A stretch of DNA of 64,000 nt from Lingula anatina (Eukaryota; Animalia; Brachiopoda). The translations under genes were made by a program, and so were the position numbers. This document shows, piece by piece, positions 11,325 through 25,459 of the stretch. The stretch spans positions 19,692,651 through 19,756,650 of the forward strand of contig CM120647.1 of NCBI GenBank assembly GCA_051362555.1. The letters are read 5' to 3'. Each line of letters opens with the position of its first letter. The stretch's first letter is position 1. The notes under the pieces are model-generated. The model did not search any database, was not told the DNA's origin, and saw only the letters and a list, made by a program, of their open reading frames with translations.

Positions 11325-14074
11325 TTAGGACTTGCTAAAAGGCACAAGTTTTGTCCTAATTACTTTTCCGTTTTTATCAGTCACTTTCTGCTGTATAAAA
11401 CTCTCCACCACAAACGGCTTAATCTCAGCCGGCTGTTCACGCAGCTTACTTTCTCTTTTTTCTAACGCTTTTCGATATTCCTCTAATTTTTGATGTGTTC
11501 TCTTAGCATCCGTGTCAACTTTCAAGAACGCTTCAGAAAAGTCGTCTGTTAAGGAAATGGCGTCATTCATCTTCCGGTGTGACGCAATTGACTCGAAAGG
11601 TTTGTAACCAAATACGTCATACACGTCTTTACAGATATGGTCTATTTCTAAAGCAACGTGGAATGGAATTTTGTCAGTCCAGGCCCAGGCTGTTGCATTT
11701 GAATTCGTCCGCATGGTGCCGAAGTTTCCGTTCCGTGCCATTCCCATTTTTGTAGCCATCCAAAGCCACATTTCCACGTGCTTGGGTAGATCGAGATTTA
11801 AGAATTTATACACAGCTTTTGACGTCTCCATCGGTTGTGCAGCCATGTCTTCGTATTTTATCTGAAACAAAAATGATCGGTCGTATAAAATGTGACTTGT
11901 ACACAAAGGATATACGATTTTTAGGGGCTTACTCGTAATTATTTCACCGCTTTGATTCATTTATTTACAACATGATGCATGGCGGTTAATGCATTGTTGA
12001 CATTTCTAAACAGTATAATTTTTTTGCTACACATGAAAACCAGTCTTCACTTGATTTTTTTCATAACATTGTTAGAAACAAAACAATATTACCTACATTG
12101 TTCGTGAAATTGCATACCCTGTATGAATTTAACGACCACAAATGTTAACAAGATTAAAACGGGCGTTTCTTTGAAAGAAATGGATTCTGAAATAAACACT
12201 AACCTGCATGATGCGACCTGGATACACTTTGTCCAACTTTACACGTGCGTTATAATCCCTCAGGATATCAAGGCAGCGCGTGCTAGCCTCCATCTCGACC
12301 TTAGCCTCCATTTCATGTGCCTGAAAGCGGGATATGAGCGCCCCACGAGGATCCCGAACAAGATGAATAATTTTCAGATTTGGATTATCTCGAAGCATTT
12401 TTCCGACTTGCCACATGCGCAGTCGGAGAGTTTTTATTGTTCGAATTTCACTTTGGAGGCATCCTTTTTGTAGGAGGGGAACGCACTTTTTATCGTTGGG
12501 CCAGTTAGTTGTGTTGATACATTTGATGTAGCCGTTTTCGTCCAGTAGACGGTGTCTACCCGGGAAGCCAAGGAAGTCGTGGAACTCTTTCTCAACCATT
12601 TGAGATCCATTGTAACTGAAACGAAAAAGCAATAAGAATGTGTTCTAATCCCTACATGGCTATTTTTTAATCAAGCACATGCATCAGCGGGAGTACAATA
12701 TGGCCCTGATAGTTCAAGGAAAATCTTGTACAAATTATTTCAACTGAGTAAGACAAAATAGCAAGAAACGTAGTTAGTTTAATTATGCATCTAATATAAC
12801 TTACCCTACTCTTCTCTTATAATACGCCATGGTTTCAAGCGGCAGTTTATGCATGTGGCACTTAAGAAAGTTGACCGCAGAGTCTTCGGCTAATTGGTAT
12901 TCCAGGCCACGCCGTGGAGCTGGGCTAAAGCAGGGAAATAAGTAAAAATAAGACAAAAGAAGTATATATATAAAAACAAATACTACTACTACATTTGTCT
13001 ACATGTGCACTACATCCATTATTTCAGGTACCACTACAACTACTACAACTACTTCTACTATTAATAATAATAATAATAATAATAGTAATAATAATAATAA
13101 TAATAATGATAAAGGGTTATAATAGGGTGGTTAATTTAATCTTAGATGCTTGGAGCTAATGAATCGGTTGCCATATTCGATGACAATGATGTAGACAAAT
13201 GTCGATAAATTAAAGACAAAGGACAAATGCCCCAAGAAAAAAGGAAGATAAAATGTTTCTCAACTCTCTCCCTTACCGGACCGTTCCGTTTAGACTGGTC
13301 AGATTCCCTCTGCTGTCAATAACTTTATACAGCCCCCATAAAGGCTCAAAGAAATAAAACGCACGCTTATGCTGATTAAACAACTCCCCGAGAAAGGACG
13401 AACCACTCCTCTGGTAAGTGAGGAGAATAACCTCTGTCCCTGGCTTGTCTTGGAATGGGACTGCCATCTTGCGGGACTTTCCGTCGATTCTTGGACTGAA
13501 ATCATTTGGGTTCCCGTCAGTTGCTGAAGGAAATAAAAACAATTGCTGCATACAATTTTAGTGGATATAAAAGATCTTATGATTCATTGAGACAAATGTA
13601 TCAACGCACAGATGAGCTGGTTTAAAAAGGGAAAAAATATGTGGTTGGGTTTACGTACGGCTTTGAAGGAAAATTTCTTTATAAATTAGACTGACACATT
13701 ATTTACTCGAGCGGTCGTGACGTACCATTACATTTAGTACCTCGGGATGACAGACATGATGGGACTGAGTCGTGTCCACACAAGTACTGACTTTAAAAAA
13801 AAGTTACCGTAAATGTCCGCAAAATCCTGTCATCCCACCAGACACATATTATTCCAAGTACATGTACATGTACATGTAACCCTTCACATACCGGTACAAA
13901 CGAAAAGTTTCAACACTCGTCAAAACTGCTGTGATCTCAGTGACCTTACATAAGCTAATTAGCGTTTCTCTTACCTGTCTTACCTTTCGCGAACTGAAAC
14001 CATCCGTAAAGAAGGCACGCCGAGCAGACAGCATAGAGAAAGATGAACTTGTAGGTCAGGACACGGAGCCACAT
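11325..14074 (-). CDS. Golgi carbohydrate sulfotransferase (CHST1-7-like, Sulfotransfer_1 family), paralogue A, 5 exons, about 468 aa
   Basis: Exons 14074-13984, 13523-13277, 12924-12805, 12615-12204, 11861-11325. N-terminal type II TM anchor (MWLRVLTYKFIFLYAVCSACLLYGWF), 5'-PSB TYQRSGSSFLG, YFFEPLW, 3'-PB HLVRDPRG..SR and KYED motifs. Confidence 0.9.
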
Positions 14075-15251
14075 AGTGCGTATTATTGTGCACACTCCAA
14101 TCCCTGTGACAGTAATACCGGCAAAACAACACCAATGACCAAGCAAAGTTTACCCAAGTGCTATACCAGTCCTAGTTAATTAAACGACGCATGGTACCAG
14201 TACACCCTGCATGTCTTCTCCTCTTGCAGCTCCTGTTCTCTATCGTCTCCTTCTGGCTTAGAAATAGCGCTCTACGAGGTCACAAGTTAACATGATTCCT
14301 AGCCAGTGCCCTCCTATGTCAAACGAACAATCGCGCGGTCAACCAAAATTCACAAAAATTGCCGGCTGCCTTAAAGTGATCCCCTGGCGTTGACCCGGGT
14401 TTGGGATACAGATATCAATACGACGCACCGTGTTTACATCTACCTGAGGTTGTCTTTAATATTATCTCACCCCACCATATTCATTGTATTCCTCTCTTCG
14501 GCTCAGATGAAGGGGTCATTGTTTAAAGAAGTCTGTATTAAACAACGCGTGCTGTTTATAACTCTCTGATCGTATCAGTCTGAAGTCTACAAGAATTAGC
14601 TACGGGTACCCCCTTCAACAGCGTACGAACCCGCCACTGATAACATCGGTGGATAGATATGCATATCTCTTGCGCCATTAATCTTAGGCGGTAGTGTTAA
14701 GTCTGTACACTTAGTATTGTAGTCGTTGGCTTTATCTTTGACTATAGACGCGCAAATTAGACGCGCTGAAGAACTATCGAGTCCAGTAGTTGAGAAGTAT
14801 ACTTTTAAACTTGCATTAAAGTATTACAAGTGAGGCAGCTAGCTTATAGTCTGTGGGAGACAGAGAAGAAAAATTCAGCTTTCGTAATGACGTTCAAGCA
14901 CGCAACCGAAATATAAACTTCTATAAAACTTATTTTTAAACAAAGGAAACATACTTCACGTGAAGGTTAAGACACTGTCTGGACTCTGTGATAAATGTGG
15001 TTTTAAAACTTTTAAACTGGTTGTAAAGAAAAAGGACACACAGAGAAGAAAAACGCATTTAGAATGAAGGAGACCACGGACTTATTTTGTGCTTCAAGGG
15101 AGGAATGCACAAAGCCAGAAATGTTTCCTTTATATGGAGAATTCTACCCTCAAAATTTCACTAAACTTATATTGACAAACAATCTGAATCACCCAAACTT
15201 TATGTACAATCTACGTCACATCTGCATACATGTACAACGCAGCTAGGGTGT

Positions 15252-15423
15252 CAGGGCCGTAGCCTCCGGGGGGGGGGGGGGGGGGGGCAGGGGGGGCAGC
15301 TGCCCCCCCCTGTGATTTAGAATTTTCCACTCTGGTAAGGGACACCCCCTCCCCCCTCGGGGGCTTCGCCCCCTCGTGTCCGCTTACTGCCCCCCCTGGC
15401 ATTTTGCTCAGGCTACGGCCCTG
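15252..15423. mobile_element. Short MITE with CAGGGCCGTAGCC TIRs and 5-bp TSD
   Basis: CAGGGCCGTAGCC...GGCTACGGCCCTG, flanked on both sides by GGTGT. Internal G and C tracts. Confidence 0.8.
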
Positions 15424-16119
15424 GGTGTGCATGTGCATATAGGCCGTGTAAGCATGCATTCAGTGTCGAGCTGATGTGTATCGTCAAAATCGTGAAAATC
15501 TTCCAGCCCGCCTCCTGTGGTGTTATCACGGATGGTGTGAAGAGATGCATACAAAGTATGCCTACAGTGCTAGTGCATGACTGGCCGACTTCATTATCAC
15601 TGAATGACAATGTAGTACTATGTAGTACTGGTGTATTCAGGATTTTGCTAACATACATAAATTTTATTCTGTAGGCAGACACGAGACAACCATGTACCAA
15701 TGCAAAAATAAATAAATAGATAAATAATTAAAGAAAGAAAATTAAATTAAAAAGGTAACTGGATGCGCCATCCTACATCACTCAAGAATAAGAAAACTGG
15801 ATGAATTGAGATGAGAGCCATACATTATTTCTGATAGCTAAACATATTTTACTTGGACATTTAAAATATTCAGAGACGAAGCAATTATTTCTGCGAATTT
15901 CTCTTTTTGCTTTTTCCACGACTATCCAAAATCCAACAAATTTAAAACATTTTAATGTAAAACACGACACTCCCCTATTGAGTACTTTATTTGCTTTTCT
16001 TTATTTGTTTCTTTAATGACGGTATTAAAAATTATGAAATGAAAAACTATGGGTAAAACAAAATAAATAATGTACATTTTTTGTTTTTGTTTTTTTATTT
16101 AAAAAATAAAATGAGGGCT

Positions 16120-17572
16120 TTAGAAATCGTATCTTTTTCTAAGGTGTTTATATTTTAATAGGCCTAGCTCCGAATATAATTCCGAACATGCCTCATCGAC
16201 AACTCCTGCCAAAGCGGGATCTATTTTTAGCACCCACGCATGCGCAGTTGCATTAGGATCTTTCCTAGAAGTCCCCATAAATCCAGTGTCAACACCTCCA
16301 TTTCTGGAATTTCTCTGCAAGTTTGTCCTTAAGTTTCCTGGCAGTTCTAGTCCCAAAAAATCATAAATGCGAGTAGTTGTTTCATACGGATATTCGGCGA
16401 AATCTTCATACTGTACTTCTAAGATCCGCCTTGGAAACATTTCCTGCAGTTTATTTCTAGCGTGAATATCACGTAACATCATGAGGCAAATGTTGCTCGC
16501 GAAAAAGTCAGGGTCGAACACCATGCCTTCCGTTAAAGTCATTTTAGCGGACAAAATTTGTCCTCTTGGGTCCCGCAGTAAATGTACGACTTTAAGTCCC
16601 GGATTCTCACGTAAAAGAGACTCCACCTGCCACATTCGGGTACGTATAGTTTTTACGACGGTCACATCAGATTGCTTGCACACGTTTTCAATAATGGGGA
16701 CACATTTACCGTGCCCGAAACCTGTGTTTTTGTTAATGCATTCGTAATATGTGCTATTCTCTAATTTTCTGTGACGTCCCGGCCAAGTAACGAAACTGTG
16801 GGATTCTATCATTTGCTGTCCATTTCGTGACGTTTGAATCCGGGATCCGGTTAAGATCTGTAGAGGGATAGCGTGCATCCGGCAATTCAAGAGATCGTTA
16901 ATTATAGCGATATGTTCCTCATATTCCTTTCCATGTTTCGGTGGATTTCTAGAGGTGAGATAAGAATGGAAATTGAATACATTGCATCAATAATAGTAAA
17001 TTATACTTTACAAAATTAACTTAAATTGAATTAACTTGTCTCTTTCTTTACTCATTTCCTTGGATCTAACATTTACTTTTTATACTACAATGTAGTACTT
17101 AATATTAATTGCGCACACTAACATGAACGGGTTTAAGTACGTGTTATTCAACACTCTTCAATGTTTAACTGTACATGTGGAATGACTAGTTACTTTATGT
17201 GCAAGACTAAAATAATAAATTACGTACGTGTATGTACCATTAGCGTACATAAGACCTTCTTTTTTCTGGACGGCGTTGTCGTAATTCCATAGCGGCTCGA
17301 AGAAATAAAACATTTTGGAATTTTTGTTGAACTGCTCGCCTAGAAAGGAGGACCCGGTTCTATAGTAGGCCAATAGTAGTACGCGGGTTGTCGGGCGTGT
17401 TGATGGGGATGCGAAAGTGATTGTGGGAAAAGTACCTGAAATTTATAAATTAATGGTGCAATTATTATGATGATGATGATGATGATGATGATGATGTGAG
17501 ATCTCTTAAATAAAAAGGAAAAAAACGAGGACCATTTTTCTAAATATTATGGATGCGGGGACGGAATTATCA

Positions 17573-17609
<37 letters not shown>

Positions 17610-18346
17610 TGGTATCATTATGCTTCCTACACTTTTGTAGGGGGGGAGACCTACAGGTGTAGCAGAAAGGGAGAATACACGCGTACGGAATAAAGGAGGT
17701 GGAAAATGTCCACTATGATCCTTCCCCTTTGGTTCCACCACTGTATTACCAGCACCTGTCTCATTGGCCTATATATATATATATATAAACTTGCGTGTTG
17801 ATACAGATTTAACAGTAGCTCGTCAACACATCACAGTGGAGTCTCTGGCTTAGTTGTATTCACCATTTAAGCACCAAGCGTAGAGAATAGTGTCTCCAAA
17901 GTTCCGTTTATCTTTGATATACAACCTGATTTCCCCGGTATAAGCATTTTTGTGGTAGGGTTTACAGCATGAAGGATCCTCTTTCTACATGCGTCACCAT
18001 TAATATTACAATTGTGTATAAAATAATCGCGTTGACACACACACGTGCAGGTACCCCCTCCCCCCCCCCCCCTTCTCTCTCTCTCCCTCTCTCTCTGACT
18101 ATAAAACACACACAAACATACACACACGTTAATTTTAATAAATGAGATCTCAAGCTGTCTATTCGAACCGAATAAAAGCACTACCGAACTATCTCACGTA
18201 ACTATCGCACTGTTTGTATTATTACTATACAGAGTACACATGTAGTCAGTCCTACCTTTCTGGTAATACAGACTCCATACCAGCACCACCAAAAGCAGTA
18301 AACCTGGACAACACAGCACAACAAGTCTCCTCCATCTTCGTAGCAT
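16120..18346 (-). CDS. Golgi carbohydrate sulfotransferase paralogue B, 3 exons, about 375 aa
   Basis: Exons 18346-18256, 17435-17228, 16948-16120. TM anchor MLRRWRRLVVLCCPGLLLLVVLVWSLYY, plus AYYRTGSSFLG, YFFEPLW, HLLRDPRG and QYEDF motifs. Confidence 0.9.
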
Positions 18347-19876
18347 CGTGTCCACCGCCCCACATTCTGAGTCACAGTACATGGCTATCGCTCTGATCTG
18401 GACGCAAGAAGAATTGCACTATACGGACGATTTAACACGGTCCGGTGGGAAGTCAACTTGAACGTCGTTTAAGCCCGGAACGATGTTGTTGCCTCGTACG
18501 GAATGGTCGCCCTGGTGCATCTGAGCATACCTGAATATGCATATCGAGGCTGACAGGCGGAGATTTTTGATAGCCCATTAAATTCCATTATCTTGATGAA
18601 GTAGGCTGCCGAATGGAATGCAATGTTAGCCGTGGTAAGTATCCGGTAGATATTTTTGAGATATTTTAACCTTGTTATTTCTGTTTATATAAATTAAGAA
18701 GTGTTAATTGTTACGCACCATGGTACAGGTAATATGTATGTGTACGTTAATGAAAATGAAAGTCGAATGGGGCTAAAATGAACAAAAAAGTTGCCTGCGC
18801 CCTGTTTCACAAACATGGCTTTAGCCCAAAAATATACCTGTCAGTAAAAAAATGTAGTCTACTTTCAACCAAGAAAGAACACGTAGCTGTCCATTTAAAT
18901 GAGACATCCCGACTGTTTTATTACAGAAAAATCTTTGCTGATGATTCAGTCCTATACTTACCTGTACTTTATGTATCTAAACTGTCATGGATCTAACTTG
19001 TTGTTAAGTAGATCAAATATATGGTGTGCAAGTTTAGACAAATTTACGATCTAATGTACATTTGTGAGTCGTACACTTGTGGTTAGAACAACTAAAAATA
19101 TCTGTATTTGTCACCTCTGTAGCAGACATTGTATGTTTACGTTGGTGTCACAGCAGTAGGGACGTGTTTTCTTCATTGCCATTAACACGTTAGTATATCA
19201 GGGAGATCTCTTATTCACATACAGGGTCCGACACGCTGAGTATTTAACTAACCGGGTCACTCGAGCGTCGAGCTTAATTGATAATATGGCGCATGGTAGG
19301 TGCTGTGTATTGATTGAGTCAAGGGCCTACCGAACAAGTGATACGAGTACATGATATTTTCTGCTGTAAATATTGTATTGTATTTGTCAGAACTTTTCAT
19401 TGGTAAATTCAGGATTTTTTTCTTGGGAATGGGCACTTGTTTTTTTGGTTGCTTTATGAGGCAGAAAGGGGTAACCCCGAGGCAAATGGGGCACCCAGTT
19501 CATGCACTTTCCATCATTCCTCCATTCCTTTGCGCGGACAACTAAATAGATCTTGTCTTTCAAATGTGTAGGCTACATCCATTAATTTTGGACACTTTAT
19601 AACACGCATTGTGTAACTGCTAGACTTTTTACACTTACAGGCACGATGAACTAGATAGCAAATGCGGTTATTATAATATATCCTCAGGTTACTTGATGAG
19701 TTAAGAAGATGTCAAATACAAGCAGACAAAGGATAAAAATCAACATTATTTGCCAGCTGAATATTTTGGCAAGTGGAATAGCTGATGCATGTAGAATATA
19801 CCTGCATGCAAATACACGCACGCCCACGCACAGACGTAACGGTACAGTCAGACACACACGCACGAGCACGCACGCG

Positions 19877-19921
<45 letters not shown>

Positions 19922-21395
19922 GTATTTTAACAACAAATAATTTAGATTTCCCTAGCTGATGCTTTTCCATTAATACTTATTAACATAATTAAACGATAGA
20001 TACGTGTATGTACATGTATTCTAGAAGCAAACTGTACATGTAGGGCGCTAAGCATGACCCATATAAAGCTTGTGCTTTATTTAACGCACAAAGTACTGTG
20101 TAAAAAAGCAGATAACTGTATTGTAAGTTGACGGCTCTGATTGAACTATTTGTACAGAAATATTAACAAATGTCTCAGTGGTATTTGCTTGTTCACGGAG
20201 TGGGATGTGGAATGAAATATTCTAAAGCTTTTCTAAATTGCAAAAGGGTCTGCTGAGGCTTGCGACTGTATAAGGTACATGCATGTAATTATGTAGGAGA
20301 TTATACAAATCATTTGTGAAGTCCTTACAAATTTAAAAATATTAGATATCACAGACTTTAGTTACACTACAGAAGCTCTTTCCTCTCTTTTCCTTTCCCT
20401 TTCCCTTCTTTTCTGTCCATCTCAACCACACGCACCCTTTCATTTCTCTCCCTCTCAACTCACCATTTCGTGCATCAGAATATGTCATTTGATATAGACA
20501 AATAAAGCATCCTTTAATATATTGGTCATCATTTTCAAGCAGTCCACAGATACGCACCATTATACTCTTGTGATAAATTAGGTTGATGTAGTTATTTAAC
20601 ATGTGGGTAGTAAATGGGCAGACTTTTCAATATTAATAGAGATAACATTATCTGGTGTTTACTGAAGAATAAAATGCTGCATTCTTTGTTTGAAGATGTC
20701 TTTTGATATCCGCGCAGAAAGGAGTCCCGTGACGCATTTCGGAACTGAAACTGTTTTAATTTAGAGCCGGTACGGGTTTACCTTGCACATGGATCCCGAA
20801 ACACAGAGGCGCTCTTATGTTATGAAATACATCTTTGAATTAGCACAACTTAATGTTTGAAATACGTGACATGCATTTCATCCCGGCCAAGTCAGTGCCT
20901 GCATGTATTTTCATGTCCTAAGTAGGAAATCTGCATACAGTACATTGGTTGTATTTCAGGTCCTATGATCGGTGTACAAGGCGTGCTTTCAGTGTCTGTC
21001 GACTTCCCGTAACAAAACAGCAGTACACGCAGACAGAGGACTTTCTTTCATGTCTATATGGAAGGGCAGAGAGAAGTAAAACTAAGATGGAGAAGGATGA
21101 TAGGAGGATATAGGAGCAAATATATTGTCTAAAAAAACTTTGAAGTTTGCCAAATTTCCAAAAGGATTAATGAGACGATGGTGTTCTTCAACTCAATTTA
21201 AAAGGATTTTATTAATTGTTTTTTTTTTAAGTTTAAAAAAGCCTGAATGATCCCCAAATGAACTATTGGAGAGTGGAAAGTTTTACGTGGATTACAAAGC
21301 ACCCAACAGAAATTGAAACTATATATTCTTGGACACAGTTTGTGCGACTTCGATCGATAAAAGAGGACAGAGGAAGATTTTTTTTCCATTTAACT

Positions 21396-21542
21396 ATGCC
21401 TTCTTGCAATAGACGATACGCCCTGGTGTTTGGCACTGGCATTATCCTAGTTAGCATGGGCCTAATAGGTACGAAGTGGTCATATTTAGGTAAGTATTCT
21501 GGGGTAAACGTGCACGTATGTCAGCATACGGACTGGGGAAAA

Positions 21543-21583
<41 letters not shown>

Positions 21584-21657
21584 CGTTCGTGTGTGTGTGT
21601 TTGTGTGTACTCCCCTAATATTGACCAAAATCGCACGACACGCACGAACACACACAC

Positions 21658-21700
<43 letters not shown>

Positions 21701-23539
21701 AAGAGAAAAAGAGAGAGAGAGAGAGACGGCTCACTTGGCGTCACATTTAAAGCCTGGCGGGCACAAATCGCTTCATTATCTCTGAGCCCACTTACAGTGT
21801 ATTTACAATATGATACACATAATCCATCTTTGCGTTATTTTAGGCTTTATGCCGAAACTTCCATCCCTTGGTCCCACCGCCGCCACCAGGACTACAGATA
21901 AAGTCATGATACTAGCGTATTACAGGAGTGGGTCATCTTTCTTAGGGGAGCTTTTCAATAATAATCCAAGCATGTTCTACCTCTACGAACCCCTATGGAA
22001 TTACCAATTCGCTGTGAAGTACCGTCGAAACTTAACGTATTGTAATGGAACTAGCAGGTAAGTTAGAAGTGAAAAAAATCTCTCTCTTTCTCTTTCTCTC
22101 TCTCTCTCTCTCTCTCTAACACACACACACACACACACTTTACGTACAGGCGTACAGGGTATTTACTACTACACTTTGAAAACAAGAAATAGTCAATCTC
22201 TCTTTTATCTCTTCTCTGTCTTCTCTCTCATAATCATTACGTCTTATGAAACCAACCCCATGAAGCTCTTCATCACACATTCGGATAAAGCATATTACAG
22301 CGTTGAATAAATGAAGACTACGCGTATGACATCAAGTTAAACACTGTTTTATCCTACAGGACAAATATGTACAAAGTTACAGTATTTCATAAATAAATAA
22401 TAGCCGTAAATTACCAATGCACCGGTATAAAACCGCATTGCTTTACCATAAAAAGCATTTACAGATTATAACACATGACTTATACAAGTATATGTATCAC
22501 ATAAACATTTGCTATATGAAGCTAACACCAAAGAATGTCTTAGTAATGCTACAGTGGGCTAAATTAGCAAATTTATAAAACTGTACCGTTGATCCATTCC
22601 AGTCCTTGCTAATATAATATGTAGGCATTAAACAAACAATATTACATGTAGTTGTACATGTAAGTTACTACGTCTACTACTGCTACTGTTTATAATAATA
22701 ATATTAATAATTACAATAATAATAATAATAATGTTCTTGTTCATTTTAGGATGCCACCCGTCCATGGTAACGAATTTGCAGAATATACTAAAATATTAGA
22801 CGACATATTGAACTGCAGAATACGATCTGTACCTCTAGAAGTGAGCACGGCTTCCCGTAAAAACGAGCACGGGTTTCTCACTTCTGTCGGCCGTCACAAA
22901 ACCTTGGAGAGCAGCCCGTACTACAAGTGCCTGAGACAAAACAAAGGGCTTAATGACAGGAATTGCATCCATATCATGGAGGGCGTTTGCAAGGGGTCAA
23001 AGGTCAAGGTCATCAAGACGATCCGCTTCGAGATGTGGCAAATGGAGGAACTTCTGCTTAAAAATCCCGGACTTAAAGTTATTCATTTGATGCGGGATCC
23101 TAGAGGGCAAATAACGTCTGTTAAACGTACCCTTTCAAATCCTGACCCCGATGATCTCATTAGCAAGTCATGCATGTTGATGCTACGTAACCTAAACGCT
23201 CACCGCAAACTAGATTTAAAATTCCCGGGGCGCATTACGCAAGTATTTTATGAAGACTTAGCAATATCTCCATTTACGACGGCAAAAATGATATATGAGT
23301 TTATAGGGATGGAATTACCCAGCGTCATCGAGAAAGCACTCTATGAAAGAACTATGGCAGGGAAAAAAGACAATGGAGTCAGCGGAACTACTCGGAAAAA
23401 TTCCACATTGACTGCGCATGCGTGGGTTAACAAAATTGACCCAGCGTTTGCTCATTTGATTGACGACATTTGTACGGACCTCCATGATAGGATTGGCGTG
23501 ATGAAGTTTGACAAATTGCGCGAAAAGTTCAAATTTTAA
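21396..23539 (+). CDS. Golgi carbohydrate sulfotransferase paralogue C, 3 exons, about 365 aa, divergently oriented to B
   Basis: Exons 21396-21489, 21844-22057, 22750-23539. TM anchor YALVFGTGIILVSMGLIG, plus AYYRSGSSFLG, YLYEPLW, HLMRDPRG and FYEDL motifs. Confidence 0.9.
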
Positions 23540-24881
23540 CCGTTTCTAGTAGTTCTATCGCCCAATTACCCATGTTTAGACATGTATATCTCTTCATCCC
23601 GCACTCGATCAACTTAATTAATTTCTACAGGCACCAGGTCATTTTACTACTATTGGACAATGTTACAAATTTGCCAATTGACACATTCCCAAAAGATAGT
23701 CCTATTAAAAAAATCCTGGATATGCTTGTACCAAGGTATATGTAGCATCTATCTACTTATAAATCTAATCAAGTTATGGTAGGTAGCATTATATGTACTG
23801 TTCCAACAGTTCACTCATGAACAGTCACATAGTTTCTATCTATTCAAATCTTTTTGACATTTAACATAAATATCAGTATGAATTGAATGGCGGTTGCAAA
23901 ATTAATGTATTGATGTGTGCACTGAACGGAATAAGCCTTCACAAATGCAAGGAGCATTATTCAATGTTGTCAGAACACTTTTTCATACTTATCCTACAGG
24001 GAAAACATGCTTTATCGAACGGAGGATGTTTATATTTGCTGAATAGAGACACTGTATGTAAATAAAAAATAGACCTGTATTACAATAATGTCTGCTTCAG
24101 CAAATGGAGAAAAAATATTACGAGGGATTTAGAAGGAAGTTTAATCTGAATCAATGACACGCTATTGTGACTGTGGTGCAGATAAAAAATGGCACAGATT
24201 TCCCACGGATATATTTTTCTTTTGAATACGTTCTGTTAGAATATCAATACTGCACAGAAAAATGTAACGTTTGTATTAGTATCTAAGACGACATTCTTAG
24301 GGAATTAAGTTTTGCAAGATTTGCCCCACCTCACGCGGATTCTCGCACCTTTAGCTGTCTTGCGTGGCGTCGCATTGTTACATTTAAAGCAAAGGAAAGC
24401 AAAGCGAAGTAAATTCTGGTTCGTATATACAAGTATACTGCATTCCACTACATACAGTAGGCCCCTACAATGTACATATACCTCTCGATGCGTTTTACAA
24501 CAGGTAACAATAATAATGATATGTTCGGCATATCTTTTGGCCTTGGTTGAGAGTGGATGCAGACAATAGTTCTGTTTACTTTACACCAGACGGTATACTC
24601 TATGGATACAGGTTGTTCCGGTACGCTTTAAGAGGTCCAAACACATTATTACGCTCCTGGTGACTTTAATCCCCTTCAGAAATTCTCCACAAGATCGCCT
24701 TTTGTCGAATCTGTCCAGGTGTCTCTTTTATCGTATGTGATATATCTAGTCTATTAGGTTGCCAAACTCACAAAATGTACCAGTAAAAACCGTATCGCTT
24801 AAGTATACCGCTTGGTAGGACAGGTTCCGCAGCTATCTTATCACGATTTATAGCGATATTTTTTTCGTCTTTGCCTCCCGG

Positions 24882-25399
24882 TCAAATTCTAACACCCAAA
24901 GCCTTCCAAACACATAACCCAAAAAAGAAATCCAAAATTTCAGCCAAGGTCATCAGCGTGCTGCCCAAAACGAGGCCAAGGGCACCGCCGATGTCCGCCA
25001 GTAGTGCCAACGTGCTGTAGGCCTCCTGTTGTACTACCTCCTCGTATGACATATCAGGATAGAATATGAGCACACCGATAAAATCCTCCAGCCTCTCTTG
25101 TAACATGTTCCATTCCTGGACATTTTCAAAAGTGCTCTCCGATAGTTTAGTATAGGTTGAACTGGTTTCATACTTGAACGTCTCACACGCAACTTTACAG
25201 CCACATTGACGGTGAAGCTGTGATCTGTTCAGGAAGGTCAGTGGGTCCACACAGAGTTTTCGGTCTTTTGGGGAACAATCTCTGAACCCGGGAACATACG
25301 GGTAGAATGTTAGACGGCAATGGCATCGCGTTAAGGTGAGGTTGTGCCTGGAATATAAGTTGTCATACATTCCACCATTTTCATATAATAATAATAATA

Positions 25400-25459
<60 letters not shown>

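Noticed and set aside
14172-14192. ATG at 14192 (-) as the start of sulfotransferase A
   Set aside because: It hits TAG after 6 codons, so it is at most a uORF. The ATG at 14074 gives the TM anchor and the 91-nt exon matching paralogue B.
21258-21901. ORFs of 97-175 aa with CVCV, ERER or HTHT runs (similar ones at 6561-6797, 19684-19936, 25336-25608, 43921-44393)
   Set aside because: These are translations of intronic or intergenic microsatellites. Only the exon portions listed under features are supported.
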